Below are positions 27,112-36,483 of a DNA stretch of 64,000 nucleotides, in pieces. The notes under the pieces were generated by a model that saw only the letters and a program-made list of their open reading frames with translations, did not search any database and was not told the origin of the DNA. The position numbers and the translations under genes were made by a program. This DNA comes from Oligoflexales bacterium (GTDB taxonomy: Bacteria > Bdellovibrionota_B > Oligoflexia > Oligoflexales > RGVZ01). The number at the start of each line of letters is the position of its first letter. Position 1 is the stretch's first letter. The stretch covers positions 1,301 through 65,300 of the forward strand of contig JBIKKO010000003.1 in NCBI GenBank assembly GCA_044360315.1, in the 5' to 3' direction.

Positions 27112-30100
27112 TTGCAACCGCGTGGAGGCGGCGTGACGGACCCTCTGAAACGATTTACTGGTAAATGGATCAGCCAACGCTACTGTATTGAGCAAGAGCT
27201 TGGTCGGGGTGGCATGGGTGCCGTCTACCGGGCCTTTCATGTCGATGATCCTTCAAACGACGTCGCAGTAAAGCTGATTCTGCGTAATCAAAAGATGTCG
27301 TCGACGGATCTCTTACGATTCCAAAAAGAAGCGGCTCTGATGAGCCAGCTCTATCACTCAAATATCATCGCATTTCATGAGCTAGGAATTTTCCAGGCAG
27401 AGGACTCTCAAGACGTCAGTCGTGGCTATTATATCGTCATGGATTACGCCAGAGGCAAAAACCTAAAGGAAACCCTGGCTGATGATGGCCGAAAGGATTT
27501 GGCCTTTTTCTTTCAGGTTGGACTCCAGGTTGCGGATGCTTTGGATTACACTCATGGTAAAAATATCATCCACCGCGACATCAAGCCCCAAAATATTATC
27601 GTTAGTCAAGCCCCGGGTGACACTCGCGGCGTCCATGTGAGAGTTCTAGATTTCGGTGTGGCCCGCTTAGGTGACGTGATGGGCCGAGATGATGCTGCTG
27701 CTGACGATAGAGCTGGAACGCCTCTTTACATGGCCCCTGAACAGACGGCCACCGGTTTTGGAGCCTCCGATCACCGTGTTGATCTTTATTCCCTTGGTTG
27801 TGTTCTCTATGAGATCTTGACTGGGCACCCGCCTTTTAGTGGTGATAATCGGGAGTCTTTGGAGAGAGCCCACCAAACGGCAGAACCAGAACCGGTCCAG
27901 GTACTGCGACCCGATGTGCCTACCGTTGTTGGTCAAATTATCCAAAAATTATTAGCGAAACGCCCTGATGATCGCTACCAAACGGCCTTTTCTTTATCAG
28001 CTGATTTGCTCAGGGCCAAGGCCCTTTGGGAACAAAAGCCCCGCAGTGTACCTGTGTTCCCTTTGGCATTAAAGGACGCATTCTTTGCAGTCTCTGCACA
28101 GTTGCCGCTGCATGGTCGCGGCAAGGAGATTGATGCGATTTTGCATGAGTATAGCCAGGTTGCCGAAGCCAAAGCAAGGGGGCGTATCACGGTCCTCACA
28201 GGGCCAGCGGGAGTCGGAAAAACTCGAGTCTTAAATGAATTTAGGGGTAACCTTGCATCGCGGCGGATAAAATTTTTGAGTGGTGTTTTTACGCAACATG
28301 AAAACGCTTTACCGTTTAACGCTCTGGCAAACGCGTTCAACGAGTTACTTGTTAAGACCGCCAAGACGTCACCGGTCGATGCCGATGTGCTGTCGCGTAA
28401 AATCAAGCAAATCATTGGTCCCGATGCACATCTTGTTGCCGGTGTCGTGCCAGGCTTAAAGCCGTATTTAAATGACGTGCCAGAGCCGGAAGATGGCACC
28501 GATATTGAGGGTGAGAGATATCCAAGGTTCACTAAGGCATTTTCTGATTTTACGAGGTGTCTAGTTCCCGAGGCTCAGCCGCTCGTTATGATTCTTGACG
28601 ACGTGCATTGGGCTGACGAAAAAAGTTTGGCATTAATTGATCAATTTTTTTCAAATGCAAACTCATTGCGTTTCCAGTTGGTGCTTGGCTGCCGTATCGA
28701 AGCGGTTCAAGAGGGCAGTCCATTTTGGCGGTTTATTCAAAAATTCAGAGGACTAAAACTTCGCTACGCAGAAGTTCAGCTATCGGCTTTGACTATGGAC
28801 GATTCACGGTCCGTTGTTACATCACTACTTCGGCTCAGCGACCCAGTCGCGAAAGAACTGGTTGAGCACTTGCTCATGAAAAGTGGCGGTGTTCCTATGC
28901 GACTTGTGGAAATTACGCGTCGATTGGTAGCATTGGATTTGATTCGATTGAATCGTAAGGATCGTGGTTGGGAGTGGGATATGGCGGAAATTCACTCCGC
29001 TAAAGTAAGTCTCACCGCTGTGGATTTGGTCCTTGGGCGGTTGACTGAGTTTCGTGGAGCCGATCTTTTGGCTTTAAGAACTGCGGCCACCTGTGGCATG
29101 TCTTTTCAGTACGAAACGCTATTGCTAGGGGGTAAAAATTCCTCAATCAGTGTGATAAGAATGATTGATCGCGCGATCGAAGAAGGAATTATCGTCCGTT
29201 GTCCAGAACCATCAGGGCTCAAACATCTCGGTAAAGCCTACATGTTTATTCACAAAAAGGTACGCGATGCTCTATATGATGTGATTGATATTCACGAAAA
29301 AAGAGCATTGCATGGAGCGATTGCTTGGAATCTGATAAAATTAGTAGATAATCCCAAAGATCAAATGTTGTTTTCAATTGCACAACATCTCAACAAAAGT
29401 CGAAATCAAAACCAGCTCACACCAGAGACCGAGAAGTTGGCGCTCACCTACAATATCAAAGCTGGTGACAGTATTCGATTGAAACATGGTTGGACAGCAG
29501 CCAACAACTACTACCGGATTGCTTTGGATATTGTCGACTTGAAGACTATACCCGGCACCGATATTAGCATTCGTAACAAGATTATTGAGCGGCTTGCGGA
29601 TGTTAATGCTGGGCAAACCAATTTCAAGGTCGCTTTACAGCGTTACGCCGAATTGCTTGAGCAGCCTATGTCTTCTTACTCCTATGTCGCTGCCGTCGCG
29701 AAGTCAGTCCACCTAAATATCGTATGCGGTAACATCTCTGAGGCCCTTTCATTAATCAGAAAAGGCCGAGAAGTATACGGGGCAAAGGCCCACCGGGCGG
29801 GGGTTTGGGGCGTTGTGAGTTTTTATTTTGGTTTGTTCCTCGATTTCTTATGGGGGGCATCCTCAACGGCGCCTCTTGTCAAGGGTTTGAAGCTGTGTTG
29901 GGCTAATAGTGCAAAAAAAAGAGGTGACGGTGGATTTGACTCTTTGGGTGCGAAGCTCAATTGGCTGTTGACAACCGTTGCAGCGCGGCAGGATGCCGTT
30001 TTGATGAAGGTTGCGCACGCGACCCTAAGGAGTGATGTTCTCGAAGGTAGAGCTCCGGTGCCAGTGGCGATCAAATTTTTAGCTGAACGGGCAGGACTTT

Positions 30101-32529
30101 TACCCATGTGGGGCAGTGTTACTAGCGCCTATAAGCTTTTTGACTTTGCTGAAAGACTGAGTAGGCACGACGGTCTCGAGCGTGTATCGGGCTTCGTCTC
30201 CATGCAAAGAGCGATGTCGGTGGATTACATTAAGGGTCGTTTTGATGATGTTGTCTTCCATATGAAAGAGGCTCTCAAAAAAATTGAGCCTGAACATGAT
30301 CGTGTTGATTATGCTCATTTGCTTGCGTTTAATCAATATCTGGATTTGTTATCGGGAGACTTTAGTACTGCAGAAGATTTGAACTCTCAAGTCCGAGCAA
30401 CCGTTCCAACCAGAAACTGGGTTAGTCCGCTGTCGATGGCGATATTACTTTTCGGCTTACTGCTTTGCGGAAAACGTCAGCGTTTAGTGAAGGTTGGCGA
30501 GGATTTTATGCGACGGCGTCGCGCTGTCGGGGGGCGTGATGATGTTTTTAGTAACATCGTCACGACAATGCTTGTCTTTGCAAAAGGTGAAGATGATCAC
30601 TCACGTATCGGATTTTCGAAAGTTGTGGGTCAGTACTTGTCGACGGTTCAGTCTGAGCTTTTGCCAACATGGCAGCGGGATTTTGTGGGGCTGTTTGTCA
30701 CGATATTCCCAGTTTTCTTTGAGATGGAGTACGGCAAGCAGATTATGCGCAATGCGGAGATGTATCGGCTCCTGGCTGCTTTGAGGAGAGTGCATAGTCC
30801 GCTTAATAACTATTTCCAGACCAGGACGGTGCAGTCCCTCATTTATGCTCGATCGGGAGAGCTAACAGGTTCGCGTCGGATAAAAAAGGTATTTGATTTC
30901 GCATTAAGAGAATCCAAAGTCGAAGACAACGTCCTGGTGCAGGCGTTCTGTTATGCGTGGTTTGGTTCTTATTTGATAAACCAAGGTCAGTCAAGTCGGG
31001 GTGATTATTTGGAGAGCGCTATTAGACTTGCTGATCGCAAGGGTATGTTTGGTGTAGTGGCCTATATACAACGAGTGATGGAGGGGCATGGCATAAAGCC
31101 GCGTCTTCAAATGCTGGGTGATAATGGCAATCAAGTCGAGTCCAGGCCTGGGCTGCTAGGTCATGCGGGAATTGAGTCGCAGCATCTCGATTACATTGTT
31201 TCAGCAGTCAACAACGACTCGGATTTTAGGCAAGACCTAAGGGGGACAATTGAAATTTTAAAGTTAGTCTATCCTGATGCTGCTTATATGGTGTTTATTT
31301 CGGACTCGTTAAAGACGGATTCAGTCTTATTTAGCTCGGCTCCAATCGCGGAGACAAATGCCATGTTGGTTGCTGTTGCGCCTTACTATTCGATTAGATC
31401 GACCTTGATGCTGCATGTTTCTGGTGGAGCGATTGCAGTTAACAGTGGTCAGACTGTCGTTTCGGCTGAGGAACTAGAGAAAACTTTTGTCCCAGAGGAA
31501 GATTTGGGCTCCACCCAGGTGCTATTGGCAGGAGGTTCAGATATAAGCCCTGTGCCCCTCAGAGCCGGTGTTCGTCTCGTCGAGGGGGCTGCAGTGTACC
31601 AGTCTGATGATGTGTCAAGTATGACTTCCGGTATGCAGTGTTTGGTCCCTATACGTCACGGTGGGGAAACTTTGGGCTTGATTGTGATCAGTGATGTTGG
31701 GGCAGAGGCGTCTCAGGACTTTCATCTTTTGAAGCGCGAGTTTGATGCTATAGGTTCCCATGTGGGATGGCTTTTATCTCAAAAGTTTATACCGCTCCGC
31801 GATTATCTTGAACAATCTGATCGTGGCGTTCCGGTAAATCTTTCGGTCATGGGTGGCGTGTTTTTTGAGGCGGTGTCCTGGCTTGATATTCAGCTTGTGG
31901 GTAGCTTGCGGAAGGAAAGGGAGGCTAGCTGGTATGTGGGCCTAAAATGGGGTGCGAACCAGTACCTAGTAGTTTACTGTTGTGTCAAAGGTGATGTTTT
32001 GGAGCGAGACCGTTTTGCAGCATCCTTGTTGTACCAGGTTTTTATTTCTCGAGAACTCGTGAATATGCAAGGTCAGATTCGAAGTGAGCCGGCTGACGTC
32101 CGTAACTACTTGCAAAAGATTTTGAATGCCGGCGGTCTTGCTGGTCGGATGGATGAAATTTTATTTGCTTACAGTATTTTCGAACGGGATAATGAGGTTG
32201 TTTCATCCGGTCACTATGGTCCTTCGCGTCCTGTGGTTTTGGGGGTCGAGAATCGGGTCACCGCTTTTAATGAAGCGTCACTAAGGATGCGGGATGGTCG
32301 TGACTTGCGCTATTGGGAGGTGTTTGCCCCCTTGAATAAAGACAATATATTCTTGGTGAGTTACGATACAAGTCGCATTGATGGTGGTGGTAAGCTTTCA
32401 ATGTCCTCGGATGGCAGATCTGGTCTCGGCTTGGGGGCGTCAAAGTCTGCTACCAAATTACTTGAAACCGCGGTACAAGAGAGGTTGCTTCCTCGTTACT
32501 ATGTAGCTATTACAAGGCGTGCAGCGTGA
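27112..32529 (+). CDS. giant multidomain Ser/Thr protein kinase - STAND/AAA_16 NTPase - helical repeats - GAF - SpoIIE/PP2C-like protein
   Basis: 1805 aa. Hanks kinase motifs GRGGMGAVYRA, VAVK, HRDIKPQNII, DFGVAR and GTPLYMAPE. P-loop LTGPAGVGKTRVL and Walker B MILDDVHWADEKS. About 800 aa of helical region follow. GAF-like segment (CLVPIRHGGETLGLIVISDVG). C-terminal SpoIIE-like segment (ASWYVGL...VVYCCVKGD...SSGHYGP...FLVSYDTS). GGAGG 27124-27128 followed by GTG 27133 may be the true start. Confidence 0.85.
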   Translation: MQPRGGGVTDPLKRFTGKWISQRYCIEQELGRGGMGAVYRAFHVDDPSNDVAVKLILRNQKMSSTDLLRFQKEAALMSQLYHSNIIAFHELGIFQAEDSQDVSRGYYIVMDYARGKNLKETLADDGRKDLAFFFQVGLQVADALDYTHGKNIIHRDIKPQNIIVSQAPGDTRGVHVRVLDFGVARLGDVMGRDDAAADDRAGTPLYMAPEQTATGFGASDHRVDLYSLGCVLYEILTGHPPFSGDNRESLERAHQTAEPEPVQVLRPDVPTVVGQIIQKLLAKRPDDRYQTAFSLSADLLRAKALWEQKPRSVPVFPLALKDAFFAVSAQLPLHGRGKEIDAILHEYSQVAEAKARGRITVLTGPAGVGKTRVLNEFRGNLASRRIKFLSGVFTQHENALPFNALANAFNELLVKTAKTSPVDADVLSRKIKQIIGPDAHLVAGVVPGLKPYLNDVPEPEDGTDIEGERYPRFTKAFSDFTRCLVPEAQPLVMILDDVHWADEKSLALIDQFFSNANSLRFQLVLGCRIEAVQEGSPFWRFIQKFRGLKLRYAEVQLSALTMDDSRSVVTSLLRLSDPVAKELVEHLLMKSGGVPMRLVEITRRLVALDLIRLNRKDRGWEWDMAEIHSAKVSLTAVDLVLGRLTEFRGADLLALRTAATCGMSFQYETLLLGGKNSSISVIRMIDRAIEEGIIVRCPEPSGLKHLGKAYMFIHKKVRDALYDVIDIHEKRALHGAIAWNLIKLVDNPKDQMLFSIAQHLNKSRNQNQLTPETEKLALTYNIKAGDSIRLKHGWTAANNYYRIALDIVDLKTIPGTDISIRNKIIERLADVNAGQTNFKVALQRYAELLEQPMSSYSYVAAVAKSVHLNIVCGNISEALSLIRKGREVYGAKAHRAGVWGVVSFYFGLFLDFLWGASSTAPLVKGLKLCWANSAKKRGDGGFDSLGAKLNWLLTTVAARQDAVLMKVAHATLRSDVLEGRAPVPVAIKFLAERAGLLPMWGSVTSAYKLFDFAERLSRHDGLERVSGFVSMQRAMSVDYIKGRFDDVVFHMKEALKKIEPEHDRVDYAHLLAFNQYLDLLSGDFSTAEDLNSQVRATVPTRNWVSPLSMAILLFGLLLCGKRQRLVKVGEDFMRRRRAVGGRDDVFSNIVTTMLVFAKGEDDHSRIGFSKVVGQYLSTVQSELLPTWQRDFVGLFVTIFPVFFEMEYGKQIMRNAEMYRLLAALRRVHSPLNNYFQTRTVQSLIYARSGELTGSRRIKKVFDFALRESKVEDNVLVQAFCYAWFGSYLINQGQSSRGDYLESAIRLADRKGMFGVVAYIQRVMEGHGIKPRLQMLGDNGNQVESRPGLLGHAGIESQHLDYIVSAVNNDSDFRQDLRGTIEILKLVYPDAAYMVFISDSLKTDSVLFSSAPIAETNAMLVAVAPYYSIRSTLMLHVSGGAIAVNSGQTVVSAEELEKTFVPEEDLGSTQVLLAGGSDISPVPLRAGVRLVEGAAVYQSDDVSSMTSGMQCLVPIRHGGETLGLIVISDVGAEASQDFHLLKREFDAIGSHVGWLLSQKFIPLRDYLEQSDRGVPVNLSVMGGVFFEAVSWLDIQLVGSLRKEREASWYVGLKWGANQYLVVYCCVKGDVLERDRFAASLLYQVFISRELVNMQGQIRSEPADVRNYLQKILNAGGLAGRMDEILFAYSIFERDNEVVSSGHYGPSRPVVLGVENRVTAFNEASLRMRDGRDLRYWEVFAPLNKDNIFLVSYDTSRIDGGGKLSMSSDGRSGLGLGASKSATKLLETAVQERLLPRYYVAITRRAA

Positions 32530-33428
32530 GTCAAAAAAGCTTTATTGATGATTTATTGGTCAGTCGCCGTTTTTTATTGATCACGGGAAAAGGTGGGATT
32601 GGCAAGACGCTGCTTAGTTGCTGTCTGGCCAAACGCGCGCAGCTTCTGGGGCGAAGAGTATTAATCGTGGAGCAATCTGTAGTCGAGCAGGTAGGTCCAC
32701 TCCTTGGATTTGCGGGCGTTGGGCACGAGGAAACCTGGGCGGGATCTTTGGGCGTGGCTAATTTTACTCCGGGTGGAAATTTTCGCGACTTTATTACAAA
32801 GCATTTGATGAAGTCATCCCTTCTCGATGTGATCTTTTCGAACAAGATTTTGCATAGTTTTTTCACATCGATCCCTGGTTTCTCTGAGTTGATGTTGCTT
32901 GGTCGCATCTATTATGCTTTAAACGAATCGCCGCGGCAGCGGCCTGATTTGGTGATTATGGATTCATACGCCTCTGGGCATTTTATGAGTCTTATGACAA
33001 CTCCCAATGCGGTTATACAGTCAGGGTTGGCAGGTCCCATTCTTCATTTGACGACCAAGGTTCGTGATTGGTTGGCCGACGTGAATGAATGTGGCACGAT
33101 TTACGTCGGCGTTCCGGAGGAGCTTGTTGTGAGTGAGACTCTTGAATTTTTGCCAAAACTGATCCGGACATCTCCAGTGGCGCTAAGTGCAGTAGCCATG
33201 AACCGTTGCCTGCCAGTGGTAAAAGTTACTGATCTTGCCTCGCCGGCCAGTGTGTTCTATGCAGAAAAGCTAGAGCGCCAGGCGGTTGCATTGAAACGTT
33301 TTTATGATGGCATAGGGTCCGATCCCTTGTTGAGTGGGGTTTCCGTTGTATTAGTGCCTGAGCTTGGTTATGTACCAGAGCCGCTAAGTGATGCGGCAGT
33401 TTATGCTCTCTGCGGAGGGAATCCATAA
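32526..33428 (+). CDS. ArsA/Get3-family P-loop ATPase, divergent paralogue
   Basis: 300 aa. Deviant Walker A TGKGGIGKT. VIMDSYASGHFMSLM corresponds to switch II DTAPTGH. The DPA switch-I motif is not evident. GTG start overlaps the kinase stop (GTGA). Confidence 0.65.
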   Translation: MSQKSFIDDLLVSRRFLLITGKGGIGKTLLSCCLAKRAQLLGRRVLIVEQSVVEQVGPLLGFAGVGHEETWAGSLGVANFTPGGNFRDFITKHLMKSSLLDVIFSNKILHSFFTSIPGFSELMLLGRIYYALNESPRQRPDLVIMDSYASGHFMSLMTTPNAVIQSGLAGPILHLTTKVRDWLADVNECGTIYVGVPEELVVSETLEFLPKLIRTSPVALSAVAMNRCLPVVKVTDLASPASVFYAEKLERQAVALKRFYDGIGSDPLLSGVSVVLVPELGYVPEPLSDAAVYALCGGNP

Positions 33429-34552
33429 TGAATAACAATTCAGGATTGACCGGTGTAACAGTTGTGGAAGGCTCTCCCGTCGAGAGGATGCTTAGGAGTC
33501 AGCGGGTGATCATAATTATAGGTGCTGGTGGCGTGGGAAAGACAACGTCATCGGTTGCTTTGGCTATCCATGCGGCGCGGCTTGGAAGGCGTGTCGCTTT
33601 GTTAAGTATTGATCCTGCAAAACGTCTCGCAGCAGCCCTGGGTATAGAGTTGAGTCACGAATTGAGGCCAGTTTTGTTTCCGAACTCTAGTGGTATCAAA
33701 GGTGTCTTGCACGCGGCTATGTTAGATCAAAAGGCAGTCTTTGACAGCATGGTCCGCAAACACGCCCCATCTCCCCATATTGCCGACAAAATTCTGCGAG
33801 ATCCGCTATATGTAGCCGCATCCACAAACTTAAGCGGTCCCTTGGAGTACATGGCCCTAGCTCGTCTCCAGGAGCTGTCGGAGAGCCCAGACTGGGACCT
33901 CATTGTTGTTGATACCCCTCCTGATTCTCATGCACTTGATTTTCTAGCAAGACCCAATGTTCTCTCGGGGTTTGTTGAGAATAAAGTCATGAGTCGTTTG
34001 CTCAAGCCAATCGTTGTGGCAGGGCGGTTTGGACTTGGCCGAGTGGCATCAATCAGCGAGAAGGTTCTTGGTGGCGTGACCAGCGTAACCGGTTTTGCAG
34101 CAATTCGTAGTTTTGGTGAGTTTATTCTGCTGATGCAAGAAGTGATCGAGGGTTTTCATCGATCTGGTGAGAGAGTGTTGGAGACTTTAAAGCGTGATTC
34201 GACCAGCTTTGTATTGGTTTGCGCCCCCCATAAAGCCGCAGCTCGTGCAGCAGACGTCCTTGGCAGCGAGTTGAGGTCTATGGGCTATGTGCTAGAAGGG
34301 CTTGTTTTTAATCGCTGTCTGCCCGCCTTGGTCACAGCAGATCTTGGCGCGCTATCGTCCGATAACTTGGCTATCCTCAAGGCTCGAGCAAAGTCTGAAG
34401 AGCAAACAATCGATCGGCTGTCGCGTTCAATTGAGATTATGCAGGAAAGGCAGCAAGTGTGGAGGCTTCGTGTCGACGAGCAGACGGCCGATATTCACTC
34501 GATCGATGGGATTTTAGATTTTTCAAAGCTTTTTGCTCGTCCTGTCTCCTGA
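33428..34552 (+). CDS. ArsA/Get3-family P-loop ATPase
   Basis: 374 aa. GAGGVGKTT, LLSIDPAKRL and VVDTPPDSHALDFL. ATG overlaps the upstream stop (TAATG). Confidence 0.75.
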   Translation: MNNNSGLTGVTVVEGSPVERMLRSQRVIIIIGAGGVGKTTSSVALAIHAARLGRRVALLSIDPAKRLAAALGIELSHELRPVLFPNSSGIKGVLHAAMLDQKAVFDSMVRKHAPSPHIADKILRDPLYVAASTNLSGPLEYMALARLQELSESPDWDLIVVDTPPDSHALDFLARPNVLSGFVENKVMSRLLKPIVVAGRFGLGRVASISEKVLGGVTSVTGFAAIRSFGEFILLMQEVIEGFHRSGERVLETLKRDSTSFVLVCAPHKAAARAADVLGSELRSMGYVLEGLVFNRCLPALVTADLGALSSDNLAILKARAKSEEQTIDRLSRSIEIMQERQQVWRLRVDEQTADIHSIDGILDFSKLFARPVS

Positions 34553-34767
34553 CTTTGGAGTTTGAATGCGGACCGGTAAACGCCTAAGGTCTTTGTTGGA
34601 GTCCTGTTTAAGTGAACTAACGTTCCGTTGATCTTCGTTAGCTCGGCAATCTGTGCCCAGTGCTGAGCGGAAAAAAATCCCCTACAATATAAATAGAGAC
34701 AATTGTGGATTGAATCATTTTCGAATGACAATGACCTAGTCATTTTTCGTCGACCGCATGTCCAGAG

Positions 34768-35637
34768 ATGAGTTTGCTCAGTAGTTTACCTTGCTATTTG
34801 TTTTTGAGGGATTTAATCCAGATGACAGAAAGTGCCTCGACAGTTAGTCGTGAGTTTTTACTGAGCAAGCCCATTGCATCTTTAGGACGTTTTTTACTCC
34901 AGCCAGTGGGTGATGTAAAAGCTTACTTCGTTTATTTGATCGACATCGGAAAGCAAGCCTATAAACGTCCCATGCGCTGGGATTTGATATTTCAGCATTT
35001 GGAATTTATAGGCAATCAATCTCTCAATATCATCATGTTGACGGGATTTTTTACCGGTGCCGTGTTTGCATTGCAGATTGGCGGTATTTTTCAGATTTTC
35101 CGAGCAGAAAGTATCATGGGCGCGGCAACAGGCAAGGCTCTGACGCGGGAAATGGCGCCCCTTATGACCGCATTTCTCCTCACGGGACGTGCCGGTTCTG
35201 CGATGACAGCCGAGATTGCGACCATGAAAGTGAATGAGCAGGTTGACGCCATGGAAGCTATGGCTGTTGATCCTATAGATTATCTTGTGGTCCCGCGTGT
35301 TATTGCGGCCTTGATCATGATCCCGTTGCTGTGCGGGGTGTTTATCTTTGTGGGGACGTTTGGTGCGTTTATTATGGGTGTCGCCGTTTTTGATGTTGAT
35401 GTTGGAATTTTTATTGATCGAATCAAGTGGCTGGTTGAACCGCGAGACATTATGAATGGTCTAGAGAAGGCATTTATCTTCTCCATTATTATTGGGACGA
35501 TGGCCTGTCGATATGGACTTCAGGCGTCAGGCGGCGCGAAAGGCGTAGGGCGCGCTACGACGATGTCGGTTGTCATGACACTTCTGACGATCTTGCTCTG
35601 TGATGTGGTCATTACTTATGTGCAATTGAGGTTGTGA
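34768..35637 (+). CDS. mlaE: MlaE-family ABC permease (phospholipid/lipid-asymmetry type)
   Basis: 289 aa with MlaE-like TM pattern and motifs (LFQHLEFIGNQSL, TGRAGSAMTAEIATMKVNEQVDAMEAMAVDP). The true start may be the internal ATG at 34822. Confidence 0.85.
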   Translation: MSLLSSLPCYLFLRDLIQMTESASTVSREFLLSKPIASLGRFLLQPVGDVKAYFVYLIDIGKQAYKRPMRWDLIFQHLEFIGNQSLNIIMLTGFFTGAVFALQIGGIFQIFRAESIMGAATGKALTREMAPLMTAFLLTGRAGSAMTAEIATMKVNEQVDAMEAMAVDPIDYLVVPRVIAALIMIPLLCGVFIFVGTFGAFIMGVAVFDVDVGIFIDRIKWLVEPRDIMNGLEKAFIFSIIIGTMACRYGLQASGGAKGVGRATTMSVVMTLLTILLCDVVITYVQLRL

Positions 35638-35638
35638 C

Positions 35639-36397
35639 ATGAACGCCATTATCCACTTCAAAAATATCACCAAGAGGTTTGGCGCACGTGCCGTTCTCGA
35701 TGACCTGAACGTTGAGATTCCCAGGGGAAAGATTACATTTATAGTTGGCAAATCGGGAGAGGGGAAGTCTGTCACCATCAAGCATATTATGGGACTGTTG
35801 AAACCAGATGAGGGGCGTATAATTGTTGATAGTGAAGACATCACGGACTTCGATCATGAACGGCTGCGTGACTATCGTAAAAAGTTTGGGATGCTGTTTC
35901 AGCACGCTGCGCTCTTTGATTCTTTGACTGTGGGTCAAAACGTCATTTTCCCCTTGAAAGAACACACTAAGATGTCAGCTCCAGATATGTTAAAGCGGGT
36001 TGAGTCCGTCCTAGCTCAGGTTGGATTGCCAAATATGCAGCATAAATTTCCGACTGAGTTGTCAACAGGTGAGAAGAAACGAGTTGGGCTGGCCCGTGCT
36101 CTGGTGGCTAAGCCAGAAATCATACTATATGATGAGCCGACGACTGGGATGGACCCGCTGGTTAGCGAAATGATTGATGAGTTGATCGTACATGTTAATC
36201 GAGAGATCCAGGGTATATCCTCAATTGTTATTTCTCACGACCTAAAAGCTGCTCTTGCGACAGCTGAATATATCGTTTTTTTATATAAGGGCAAAGTAGC
36301 TTTGGCAGGAACGCCAGAAGACTTCAAAACTACAAAGGATCCAGTTGTTAGGCAGTTTTTCAGCGGGAAGGTTAATGGCCCAATGGAATTTTTTTAA
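35639..36397 (+). CDS. mlaF: MlaF-family ABC ATP-binding protein
   Basis: 252 aa. Walker A GKSGEGKS, signature LSTGEKKRVGLARAL, Walker B ILYDEPTTGMDP. It starts 1 nt after the mlaE stop. Confidence 0.85.
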   Translation: MNAIIHFKNITKRFGARAVLDDLNVEIPRGKITFIVGKSGEGKSVTIKHIMGLLKPDEGRIIVDSEDITDFDHERLRDYRKKFGMLFQHAALFDSLTVGQNVIFPLKEHTKMSAPDMLKRVESVLAQVGLPNMQHKFPTELSTGEKKRVGLARALVAKPEIILYDEPTTGMDPLVSEMIDELIVHVNREIQGISSIVISHDLKAALATAEYIVFLYKGKVALAGTPEDFKTTKDPVVRQFFSGKVNGPMEFF

Positions 36398-36483
36398 ACC
36401 TCTATGTTGTGTTGTTTTGGTGTGCGTGTTCAAGATGAAGAGTTTTTTGCCGATCTGAAGATAGGGAAGTCGAGGAGTACATT

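Noticed and set aside
27975-28532. 185-aa minus-strand ORF inside the kinase gene. Similar long antisense ORFs occur at 36741-37307 (188 aa, in mlaD), 56762-57220 (152 aa, in cheA), 48525-48959 (144 aa) and 1480-1839 (119 aa).
   Set aside because: All lie entirely antisense to, or out of frame within, strongly supported genes. They have low-complexity Ser/Arg/Pro-rich translations, no RBS and no recognisable motifs. They are typical shadow ORFs.
34495-34743. 82-aa minus-strand ORF in the ArsA-like/mlaE intergenic region. ORFs at 26762-27136 and 26950-27240 in the pyk/kinase gap were also considered.
   Set aside because: No RBS and no recognisable family. Their ends overlap neighbouring real genes. 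They are most likely chance ORFs in promoter regions.
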